Shown here piece after piece: positions 1 through 17,100 of a stretch of 64,000 nt of DNA. The notes beneath the pieces were generated by a model. The model ran no database searches. It saw nothing but the letters and a program-made list of their open reading frames with translations, and was not told the DNA's origin. Source of the stretch: the human T2T-CHM13v2.0 reference genome, Homo sapiens; the NCBI RefSeq assembly GCF_009914755.1, contig NC_060931.1, one strand, 5' to 3'. Each line of letters begins with the position of its first letter. Position 1 is the stretch's first letter. The position numbers and the translations under genes were made by a program.

Positions 1-489
1 TCTTTGCATGCTTGGTTACATTTGATTGGATGCCAGAGTGTTACCTTGTTGGATGCTGGATTTTGCATATTCTTATAAATATTCTTGAGCTTTGTTCTGG
101 GATGCAGCTAAGCTGCTTGGAAATAATTCGAGCCTTTTGAGGCTTGTGTTTAAACTTTGTTAGGTAGGTCCAGAGCAGTGTTAATTTAGGACTTATTTTA
201 CTCCATTACTAAGGCAATTCTCTTTTGAGTACTCTACCAGAGACTCTAACCATTATGAATTTTTCAATCTGGCTGTTATCCTTGTCTTGTATGAGCTTCA
301 GGATAAAGAAGATAAGGACTGAGAAAACAAGGTCAATACCTCATAAAAGCAAAACCAAGAAAGAACTCTTAAAAACTAAGGATATTATTTCAAAACTAAC
401 AACAAGAACATGGTAAATAGGTCAGATATTAAAGTCAAAGAGTAGAGCAGAAAATCTCCCAGAATAGAAAGAGCAAGATATAGAATATG

Positions 490-538
<49 letters not shown>

Positions 539-960
539 CATAGACGATCACTGTAGGAAGATGGTTCTTCTTTCTGCCTTTGGTAGTTTCTTCACACAAA
601 TGCATGGATCAGGACTCATTTGATGACCTGAGACAAATCCTCTGCAGATATCTGGATTTCTGTCTTTGTGCAGCAATCTCTTCCCCTCTACTCTGCCTTG
701 CACACTCTAATTGCCCTCCCCGCCTTGGTTTCTCAACTCTATGTCCTTAACTTAAGGAGATTGTTGGGATCCCTCTGGGTTCTTCTCCATTCATCCTGGA
801 CACTTTTACAGGCCCTTTATTTCCCTTCTTGTGTAGAGCACTGTCTTATACCACCTGATGTCCAATGTCTAACAACCATTGTCTTCATATATTTTTTTCC
901 CAGTGTTCTAGGCATGAAGATAAATTTGGCCCATTACTTCATCTTGGCCAGATGTTGAAA
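1..960 (-). mobile_element. Ancient L1M (L1MC4/L1M4-like) 5' region, interrupted at ~304-560
   Basis: Resembles the antisense 5' region of old mammalian L1 (ttcttgagctttgttctgggatgcag...; ggtagtttcttcacacaaatgcatggatcag...). Recognised by eye; boundaries approximate. Confidence 0.5.
493..537. repeat. (GA)n microsatellite, ~22 units
   Basis: Direct read. Confidence 0.98.
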
Positions 961-1009
961 TCCCTAGATATTATTTTCTATCCTGATTGTCTTTGGTTAT
1001 TTAGCTTAG

Positions 1010-1476
1010 TGTCAAGAACCGTGCCCTGCTCGCAAACTAACGAGTAAGTCTGCCACAGTTACAGTGCTGGCAGAAGACATGAGACATCTAGATCAGAGAA
1101 AAAGGATATCTTGTTCATGGCACAGCAAAGAGCTTGAGCTTCATGTCCCATTTGTTCCTCTTGTCCTCCAAGTCCTATGAGGATATGTGGAGTGGCCTAG
1201 ATGAATGGTGTGCACACAGTGGGTCTGCATCACAGCTGAGGATCCCTGGGCTCCAGTCTTATAAAGAAACTTCTGGCCAATTTGCCAAAACTTTGTTCTG
1301 AAAGGAGACTTAAAAAATTATTCTGGTCACTAAAAAACATTCTGCTCTCTGCCCCAGAGGGAGACACTATCTTTAACTTCCAATATGTTCACTATATAAT
1401 CATTCTTGGGAAAGATAGTCTGGATGAAAACTGTCACAAGACATGTTGAACCTCTCTGGAGAATAGCTCCTCAACA
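1010..1476. mobile_element. Probable solo ERV LTR (family not assigned)
   Basis: TG...CA termini (tgtcaagaac...cctcaaca), ~470 bp, imperfect 5-bp flanks cttag/ctaag. Confidence 0.5.
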
Positions 1477-1535
1477 CTAAGCTTTAAAAATGAACTGGCT
1501 GAGGTCTTTTGGACTGTGGTTACTTCAACTACTTT

Positions 1536-5776
<4,241 letters not shown>

Positions 5777-6724
5777 AATCAGGTATCGAGGGATGCAATT
5801 ACTTATGCAGGATATCTTTAAATAAGGGCCAGACTCAGTTTGACAATGAACAGCATTTAGAACACACACATTGATTACTTACCATTTATTCAATTTTAAC
5901 AAATAGGATGCATTATAACCATTGGAAAGCACTAAAGTTACTTACTTTTTCAAGGTAAATGACCAAGCAAAGTAGGATTCTGCTTTTTGAAGTTAATCTC
6001 AACTTCAATATAGGCAAATATTCACAGTGTAGATTCACATATGGTAAGTTATTGAAATTCAGTAAGGTATATTGATACTGTTGAGCACAAAAAAATGATC
6101 ATTTCCAATTTAAATGTTATGTGTCTTGTCATCAGGCCGGGCCTGTGCTAAAATTGAGAGGTAAGGCTGGGAGAGAGAAGGCTGCCAAAGTGCAGTGAGA
6201 ATCTTGTCCTTTCATTGGAGAATTTCTTGGGCTTTGATAACATTTCTCATGTGTTGTCTGAAAGAAGCAATTCTAATTATGTGTAACAAAAAGTAGATAT
6301 GTCATAGTTAGATTTGATTAAAGAAACAAAGCTGATAATATTGACTTCATTATTTGGCAAAGTCCCATAGGAAACTAGAACTATTAGGCAAAACTATCTG
6401 GAAATGTCATAAGCATGTCAATAGAAGTCATTCAAAGGCTTAGTCAGCTCATATAACTGTTTAGACACATTGCATTCTCTGAGGTGGGTCTTATCAGGTA
6501 TTCAAGAAAGGCTCAGGACAGATGTGGAGATATCTTGCCTGTTGTATGGTTTTGTGCTAGAAAGAATGAGAAGGGCTAATATTTGCAAATGACTTTGAGA
6601 GTAAGTTTCTGTCTCACCTGTAAATGTCTCTAAAGCTTTTTCTGGATGTCCTGGAAAAGTTTGTAAGTTCCCATCAGCCAGGGCTTCTTGCATTGGGGAA
6701 TGCAGACACAACAGGACACATCAG

Positions 6725-6835
6725 GAAGCCTGTGAATCTGTAAAATTTGGTGTGGTTGGATGTGTTGCATTTTTGAGGAGAGACTCAATAACTTTTATCA
6801 GATTCTTGACGGATCAATTGAGATTAAGAACAATG
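6725..6835. mobile_element. Degraded hAT-Charlie-type DNA transposon fragment
   Basis: aacttttatcagattcttga...ttaagaacaatg resembles a MER/Charlie terminus. Confidence 0.3.
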
Positions 6836-7869
6836 TTTCAAAGTTTAAATAAACTAAAGAAGAACTCAGAGACATTTAGTTGGGTACTTTTGCACTCTCA
6901 CAGTTTGTTTGAATGAAAATTGTTCACTCCAATGTTAGAAAGTTAGTTGTAGACTGAGTCAAATGACAAAGGTAAAAATAGAATTTAAAGAGAGGGGCTG
7001 AAGGGGATTTAAAAAACTATAGTTAATTTGAGATTAGAAAATCTTATTAGTATATTTATTGGATGAAGTATAATAAATCTTATTAGCATATTTTTTGGTC
7101 TACCTCCTAGTAGAAAAGTCAGTCTGGAAATTTTTCCCTTGAGATGGCAAACTAGGGTGCCAGAGGAAACAGTTTTAGTTATCGATAAATTCTCTAGAAA
7201 GCCTGGAGAGCTTTGCTGAGAAATGTACATGACAGGCTTTGTCTCTTTACATAGCCGCCCATCAGCACCTCCAGCATAGTTAGCCAAGTTCAGCCTCATT
7301 TCCCTGAGTTTCTCACAGGTCAAACTGAGCAAAACTCCAAGGGAAGATCTCACTGCAGAAAAGCCACACAATGTTTTTCTTGGGCGGTACACCATGATCT
7401 TGTCAAGTTATTAACATGAATTAATTCTCTTTTTATGCCTCTCTCATGATGGTTATCCTTTTATTACTTCCAAATTATGGCCAAAGTTTGAAAGACACAT
7501 TTCAAACTCTATTAGCTTAGAGACAATTGAATCATCATTTTCCCAAATTATGTTTTATATGAGAAGAAGGATTCAAGAGTACAAGTTTTTTATTATTGGT
7601 CAATGCACAAAGCAATTTCATTTTATTATAAAAGTGGCCAAGGATAATTACAGGCTATTTAATGATTAGTTGGCCTATCAGAATCCTTTTCTTCAACATT
7701 CAGGACCTATATATTGGCCTAATTGTGCCCAGGAAATTGGTCCAAACTACCTACTTCTTCAGTCTGTTTTGAAACGTTGCTGTCAAAACCCAATTAAAGA
7801 GAGGAAGAATATAAAACTATATGGCATTCTATTTTTTACTCTGGTTTATTCCTTGACATTTCTTTGTAA

Positions 7870-8230
7870 TATCCTGCCTCAGGACCTTGGGGCATGCTGT
7901 TATGTCTGCCTGGCATGCTCTTTCCCTAGATATTTACATTCAGATTGTTGCTCCAAAGTCTTTTCCTAAAGATGCTTTCTCTAATTATCCTGGAAAATAT
8001 TAATCTAAATTTTCTAAAATGGAAAATTACCTGCATCTCTCTCCTCTCCATGTTGCTTTATTTTGCTTCAGAGCACTTACCCTTATATTGCATAGCCCCT
8101 CCTTCTGTCTATATTCTCCACCAGAATGAAAGGAAGTGCCACACAAGTCGCTTTCAACTGACCCTCCTGCTTCAAGAATGGTGCTTAGAACGCTGAAGTT
8201 CTCTACTGAGTATTATTGAGAGAATGAATA
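7870..8230 (+). mobile_element. L2 3' fragment
   Basis: cctcaggaccttggggcatgctgtt...tctgcctggcatgctcttt core and gaatgaat tail. Confidence 0.6.
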
Positions 8231-9884
8231 TATGGATCTTTATCTAAATATTCTGGAATATTGTCTTTAGATGGAATGCATAGGTGTTCTTCAGCTGTAG
8301 AAAAATGATGCCAACTTCTTTGTGCTCAATACAGGGCATGTTGTCTTTCTCTGGGAGCAGTTTCTAAGAAGTTAATTTTAATGGCTAGAATTATTCTGGA
8401 ACAGCTAAACCTTAATAGCACAGTGATAGCACAACTTGAGTTGTCTACTACATATTTACACAATATAATTGTCACTTCTGAACTTATTCAATAGTTTAAA
8501 CTTCTAACTTTTGGTGTTTAAACGGTCTCTTTTCTATTATCTTGCATAGAGATGTGACAGCCTATCACATTACACTAGTGATGTGATCCCTATCAGTAGT
8601 AAAAAAAATTCAAGATCAAAGGTCTAAATTATCCACTTATTATTATTATCCTCACAATTCCAAAAGCAAGATGAGAAAACGAGTAATTGAAGCAGTAAGG
8701 AAAACTTAGGATCCATGCAAAATACGAGTAAAAGGATGATGTGAGCAGCTAAAATGACAATTATTGCAATTGTCTATTATTTTTTTCTTTGATTCCAGAA
8801 ACATAAGAGCTAAATTTAGGATTCAAGACATTTAATCAACTCAACTCAGGAGCTTAAAAGTCATATTTCTTCTGCTTGCTTTAGATGGTCTATATGACTT
8901 TTATTCTTAAATATCATACTTCACATTCTGTGATATCTTTAAAGATCTTCAGAATTTATTTGAAACAAATAGGACATGGTGTTAATTAAAACAAAACTCT
9001 GTGAGTCACATTTCAGAATTGCTGCATGTGTAATTTCGTATTGCATACTTTAATGTTCATGGTGATAAACTGTAGACTAATTTATGAACATCTCAATGTA
9101 GCAGATGAACCAATATCCTTACAATATAGAGTCATAATAATTTTATTGCTATTTTAATCTAAAAATCTCAGCTTTGAGCAAAGATTTCAAAAAATAATCA
9201 ACCTTTGTCCTTTTTTTTGACGAAATGGAGTAAAACTTGAAAAAAAAATTGAGGAAACAGTTAAAAATGACTTAGTTGTACTGATCCAAATGTTCTTAGC
9301 ATGCTATAAATATTTGCTGCTGAAATTTTTTCCATTACCTGTCATCAAGAAGAGGTTAAATATGGTTCCTATAAATTATGTTGCAGACCAATTTCAGTAG
9401 AAAAATGGCAGCCATTATTTTATCAAATTACTTTTTATCTGCAAGACTGCTCTGCTTGCTGCCATGGTATTGTAAATTAGGAGCTAATGTTTGAAAAGGG
9501 GAGTTTGTTACTACTTTCTAATCTCTATTTCTATTGCTGACAAAGTAACTTTATCTTTTAAGTAAATCCAGTAAGACCCCATTGAGTACTTTGCAGTCTG
9601 GGCTACTGCACATGTTTGATGCTATTAAATTCTCATGATAAAAATCAATAAAAGGAAGGTTTCATTTCATTAGTATTATGGGACTATGAGTTAGCCAAGA
9701 AGTATTATTAGCTAACAATAATTGTTAATTTGGCATAGAGTATCTAAATCTCTTGATATTGCAACTTCCAACAAAATTTACTTCATTGAGTTAAAATTGT
9801 AAATTTCGGTGTAGGCTTCTATATGTCTCAGAGTATTTCATAAATATTATTTGGCTATGGAAAGAGGTGTGGGCTTGGGAAAAA

Positions 9885-10090
9885 ACCCAGTGCTTGTTCA
9901 GGGCCTATGATGTGTTAGGTGTTTTATCTCTTCAATGCTCACAACTCCATACCTTATAGGTGTCCAGTACCTTTGAGTAGTATCATACCCATTTTTTAGA
10001 TAAGCGAACTTTTGCCAATGCCAAATCATACAGCATTAAAGAAGCAGACTCAAGACCTCTCAGACTGTAAAGCTATGTTTTTATACTATC
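9885..10090 (-). mobile_element. MIR
   Basis: cccattttttagataagcgaact core in antisense form. Confidence 0.55.
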
Positions 10091-10094
10091 AGTC

Positions 10095-10451
10095 TGTATC
10101 AGTTCAGACTGCTATAATAAATTACCACAGACTGAGAGGCTTAAACAACAGAAATTTATTTCTCACAGTTTTGGAGTATTCAAGCCTGAGATCAGGGTGT
10201 GAACATAGTCGGGTTCTGGTGAGGCCCCTTTTTGGGGAGGCAGACTACTTTCTTCTCATCATGTCATCACATGGTGGAAAGACAGCAAGGTAGCTCTCTG
10301 GGGTCCATTTTATAAGGGTGCTAATTCCACTTATGAGGCCTCAACCCTCATGACCCAATAACCTCTCAAAGGCCTCACCTCCTAATACTACAAAAGTCGG
10401 GGTTAGGGTTTCAACCTATGACTTTTAGGGGGACACATTCAGTCTATTGTA
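10095..10451. mobile_element. MLT1A-like ERVL-MaLR solo LTR
   Basis: taccacagactgagaggcttaaacaacagaaatttatttctcacagt ... ggggacacattcagtctattgta. Confidence 0.85.
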
Positions 10452-10599
10452 CCTCTTCATGTCATTCCCACACATTTTGCATATGGGGAACTATGGGAAA
10501 GGTAAGGGCAATTGTGCTTATTTAGTCTGAAGAGGAGAGAACTGAACATGCCTTTAAGAAGGTGTAATGTTTAGGGGGGAAGGAGATGCATGAAAATAG

Positions 10600-10772
10600 T
10601 TTTGAAACTGAATTTGAGAAACCCAAGTCCTTGTTTTAGTCACTGAATAACTCTATATGGTAAATAAACAACTTAACTACAAAGAGTCCCATTTGTTTCT
10701 TGGTAAAATGGAGGAGTTGGTTTCAATATTTCAAGCTCTTTTCTAAGTCTGAATTACTTTAATTCTATGATG
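10600..10772 (+). mobile_element. MIR/MIR3 relic
   Basis: gtaaaatggaggagttgg...attctatga tail. Confidence 0.45.
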
Positions 10773-11490
10773 TTGAAAGATTATTATTGACTTAGCTATC
10801 TTGAGTTTAGATGAAAAGAGAAAATGCCTTAGAATGAATGTGTGAAAGGTACAAAGAAAATTCTTGCTTACTTAAAGGTAGAGTTATGATTGGAGGCCAT
10901 GGAACTATCTAAAAATCTGAAGGACCCACTCTCTTGGAGTGCTTTGAGGGTGGAAAAATCATACATCAAGAACTTGTCATTCATTCAAAAAATACAATTT
11001 GGAGTCCTTTCTGTGTACACAGCACTATAGAAATGTGTGAGACATAACCCCACTATCTTCAAGGAGACTTTGATGTAGTACAAGAATAGATGTGTAAACA
11101 CTAATAGAATATAGTATTTGTACAATAATGGATCTAATCTTATTGAAGTGGGCAAAGGAACAATTTAGAAACCCCAAAGTAATTCAGAATAGCTCTCTTA
11201 CTTATTTGCTTAACCACATGAAAGGCGTAATATAATCTAAAGTAATACTTTAAACACATCCTTTCTCTCTCATCCATTTTCCTCACACACTCCCAAATCT
11301 GGTGCCTCTCTCTTCAAAATTCCCCATGTCACACTACTGTACATTCTGTGTCTCTCTTCCTTCTTCCTCCCCACCCTCTCTTGTGTTCTAATTCTGTAAA
11401 ACAAAATCTGAAAGAACTAGGAGAAAATCAATGTCTGAGTACAGAAGAGAAAAAGACTCGAAGCCAGCAAAGATAAAAGTTTCCTTCAGG

Positions 11491-12394
<904 letters not shown>

Positions 12395-13198
12395 CATCCT
12401 TAGCTGTGGTTATGGGAATTTTCATGTGTTAATAATTGTCCAGTTTCACTCATGCTGGGTCAGTCTTTATAAAGGTTGCAAAATATTAGTCCAGAATACC
12501 TAAATTTCTTCGTATCTCAAGTTCCCAGCCTACCTGCTCTATTAGTAGAGCTCTGTTTACAGTTCAGTGTCTCCACTCTTTTATTTCCTATAGGGCATGT
12601 ATACATCTTCTAGGTTCCTCTGTAGGTGCTGCAAAGTAGACCTTATGTGAATTCTTGCCATCCCTTCTTGAAAACCTTGAGGTTGAGGACTGATTAGCGT
12701 CTCAAAGAGCAAATGTGCATTTTAGGCATTTGGTTTCCTTTCCAGTGTTTTAACTCTGGAAAAGAGAAAGGAGCTTGGGAAAACCTCTTTGACACAGTAA
12801 AGCAAGAAACAAAGGCTGTCCTGACAAATATATCCCAACAATGCTGGATGTGCACACCTCCTGGGAAGGAATGGTGAAATAGCTACATTATTTCCACTTA
12901 TGCCCCACTCCAATTTATAAATTAAGAGACACAATCTTCATCAAGGACTTCTGGATTGCTCTTGAGGCTACCTGACCATGACGGCAGAAATCAGCCTTTT
13001 TCTACCTGCTGTTGGAATTTATCTTCAAGGGAAAGAGATACATCTCCTTTGCTTCCAGCTTTCCAAGACCACTGAGAGAGTGTTATATCTGAGTCTCATT
13101 AGTCTGTCTGGCCGGAGATCAGCCAGTTATCTCCTCAGTCCTTACTAGATTCAGTAGTGAGGAAAATTTGGGTAGCTTTTTGGGAAAGTAACAAAGTC

Positions 13199-13502
<304 letters not shown>

Positions 13503-14187
13503 GAAGTCTATTATTGATTATTAATGACAGACAATCTGTAGACCCCACTCAGATGATTATGGACTTTCAGGTCTCAGTTTGTAATTCCAAATGGATCACA
13601 AATTGTAGTCCTTTCTCAGATAATGTGAGATGACAAAATAAATGCTTCCCTGTTCATTGACATTTGGTGATAAATTTGGCATATAAGTTCAGTAACTTTT
13701 CATGGTAGCATAGCTTTGTTTTAGGGCAGTGGGATCCTGCTACATGGATATGTTTATTTTTATGGCTTTGAGTCTATCAACAGCTCTGGGGACAGAGAGT
13801 TGCAAACAGTCCTGTAAGTGAGGCATACCTCTCCTTCTTATCCATCCCAATGCTTTGTCTATAGTATTCTCTAACCATGATTTAAAGGTCTCTTTTTTGG
13901 GAAGTATCTGTCTCAGTGGTTCCAACACCTGTCTGATGTAGGTACAATAGCCACCATCAAGTCCTTTGGGATCGGGACTTTGTCCTTAGAGACATGCAGT
14001 GTTTTCAAGCAGACCAAGCTGATCTCTGTCTCCTCTCAGTGTCCAAAATTGACTTCATCTTACAAGAAACAACATGCCTAACTATGTTGGAGTAAAAATG
14101 AATTTGAAATTTGCTACTTTCTTAGTATGTAGATATCCTCTGTGCATTAGACTTACGAAGTTTGATTCTCTGGCTGGAAAAATTACT

Positions 14188-17100
14188 ATTTTGTTTTATT
14201 TCATTTTTTAAGTTTAGGTCTTTTTAAAACTTTTATTTTAGGTTCAGGGGTACATGTGCAGGTTTGTTATATAGGTAAACTCGTCTCATGAAGATTTGTT
14301 TTACAGATTGTTTTGTCACCCAGGTAGTAAGCCTAGTACCAATTAGTTATTCTTTCGGATTCTCTCCCTCCACCCTCTGGTGGACCCCAGAGTCTGTTGT
14401 TCCTCTCTTTGCGTCCATATATTCTCATAATTTAGCTCCCACTTAAAAGTGAGAATATGTGGTATTTGTTTTTCTGTTCTGGCGTTAATTCGTGCAAATA
14501 ATGGCCTCCAACTCCATCCGTGTTCCTGCAAAATACATGATCTCGTTCTCTCTTAGGGCTGCATAGTATTCCATGGTGTATATGTACCACATTTTTTTTA
14601 ATCCAGTCTATAGTTGATGGGCATTTAGGTTGATTCCATGTCTTTGCTATTGTGAATAGTGCTTCATTGAACATTTGTATGCATGTGTCTTTATGGTAGA
14701 ACGATTTATATTCCTTTTGGTGTATTCCCAGTAATGGGATTGTTGGTTGAATGGTAGTTCTGTTTTTAGCTCTTTGAGGACTTGCCACACTGCTTTCCAC
14801 AATCATTGAACTAAATTACACTCCCCAAAACAATGTATAAGTGGTCTATTTTCTCCAGATCCTCACCAGTTATTTTTTAACTTTTTAATAATAGCTATTC
14901 TGATTGGTGTGCGATGGTATCTCATTGTGGTTTTGATTTGCATTTCTCTAATGATTAGTGATATTGAGCTTTTTTTTTGCATATGCTTGTTGGCCACAAG
15001 TGTGTCTTCTTTTTAAAAGTGTCTGTTCACGTCTTTTGCCTACTTTTTAAGGGTTTTTTTTTTTTTTTGCTTTTATCTTGTAAATTTCTTTAAGATCCTT
15101 ACAGATGCTGGATTTTAGACCTTTGTCAGAGGCGTAACTTGCAAATAGTTTCTCCCATTCTGTACTTGTCTGTTTACTCTGTTGATAGTTTCTTTTGCTG
15201 TGCAGAAGCATTTTTAGTTATTAGATCTCATTTGTCAATTTCTGCTTTTGTTGCAATTGCCTTTTGCCATCTTCATCATGAAATTTTTGCCTGTTCCTAA
15301 GTCCTGAATGCTATCGCCCAGAGTTTTTATTGCTTGGGGCATTACATTTAAGTTTTTAATCCATCTTGAGTTGATTTTTGTATATGGTGTAAGGAAAGGA
15401 TTCAGTTTCAATTTTCTGCATATGGCTAGACAATTATCCTAGCACCATTTATAGAATAGGGAATCCTTTCCCCATTGCTTCTGTGTGTCTGCTTTTCTGA
15501 AGATCAGATGGTTTTAGGTATGTGGACTTATTTCTGGGCTCTCTGTTCTCTTCCATTGGTCTATGCGTCTGTTCTTGTAACAGTACACTGCTGTTTTGGT
15601 TACTACCGTAACCCTGTAGTATAGTTTGAAGATGGGTAATGTGATGCCTCCAGCTTTGTTCTTTCTGCTTTTGATTGCCTTGACTATTTAGGCTCCTTTT
15701 TGGTTCCATATGAATTTTAAAACACTTTTTTCCAATTTTGTGAAGAATGTCATTGGTAGTTTGATAGGAATAGAATTGAATCTGTAAATTGTTTTGGGCA
15801 GTTTGGCCATTTTAATGATACTGCTTTTGTTCCCATCCATGAGCATGGAATGTTTTTCTGTATGTTTGGGTCATCTCTGATTTCTCTGGACAGTGTTTTG
15901 TAGAGATATTTCACCTCCCTGGTTAGCTGTATTCCTAGGGATCTTATTCTTTTTGTGGAAATTGTGAATAAGATTGCCTTCCTGATTTGGCTCTCAGCTT
16001 GGCTGTTGTTGGTGTATAGAAATGCTAGTGATTTTTGTACATTAATTTTGTGTCCTGAAGCTTGCTGAAGTTGTTTATCAGCTGAAGGAACTTTTGGGCT
16101 GAGACTCTAGGGTTTTCTAGGTATAGAATCATGTTGTCTACAAACAGGAAGAGTTTGACTTTCTCTCTTCCTATTTGGATTTCCTTTATTTCTTTCTCTT
16201 CTTGATTGCTCTGGCCAGGACTTCCAATACTACATTGAATAGGAGTGGTGAGAGAGGGCATCTTTGTCTTATGCTAGTTTTCAAGGGGAATGCTTCCAGC
16301 TTTTGCCCATTCAGTATGATGTTGGCTATGGGTTTGTCATAGATGGCTTTTATTATTTTGAGGTATGTTCCTTCGATACCTCGATTATTGAGAGTTTTTA
16401 ATATGAAGAGATGTTGAATTTTATCAAAAGCCTTTTCTGCATCTATTGAGATAATCATGTGATTTTTGTTTTTAGTTCTATTTATGTGGTGAATCACATT
16501 TATTGATTTGTGTATATTAAACCAACTTTGCGTCCTGGGAATGAATCCCAATTGATGGTGGTGGATTAGTTTTTGATGTGCTATTAGATTTGGTTTGCAA
16601 GTATTTTGCTGAGAAGTTTTGCATCAGTGTTCATTGACTGAAGTTTTCTTTTGTGTGTGTGTGTGTCCCTGACAGGTTTTAGTATCAGAGTAATGCTGGC
16701 CTCATAGAATGTGTTGGAGAGGAATCATTACTCCTATTTTTTTTTTTTGAATAGTTTCAGTAGGAATACTACCAGCTCTTCTTTGTACATCTGGCAGAAT
16801 TTGGCTGTGAATCCATTTGGTCCTAGCTTTTTTAGTTGGTAGGCTATTTATTATTGATTCCAATTTTGGAGCTTGTTATTGGTCTGTTTAGGGAATTAAT
16901 TTATTCCACGTTCAGTACTGGGAGAGTGTGTGTGTCCAGGAATTTATCCATCTCTTCTAGGTTTTCTTGTTTGTGTGCATAGAGGTGTTTGCAGTAGTTT
17001 CTGATGATTATTTTTATTTCTGTGGGGTCGGTTGTAACATTCCTTTTGTCTTTTCTACTTGTATTAATTGGATATTCTCTGTTCTTTGTTAGTCTAGCTA

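Noticed and set aside
7009-7395. 128-aa minus-strand ORF in non-repeat DNA
   Set aside because: No recognisable domain or supporting exon structure; a length like this can occur by chance in 64 kb.
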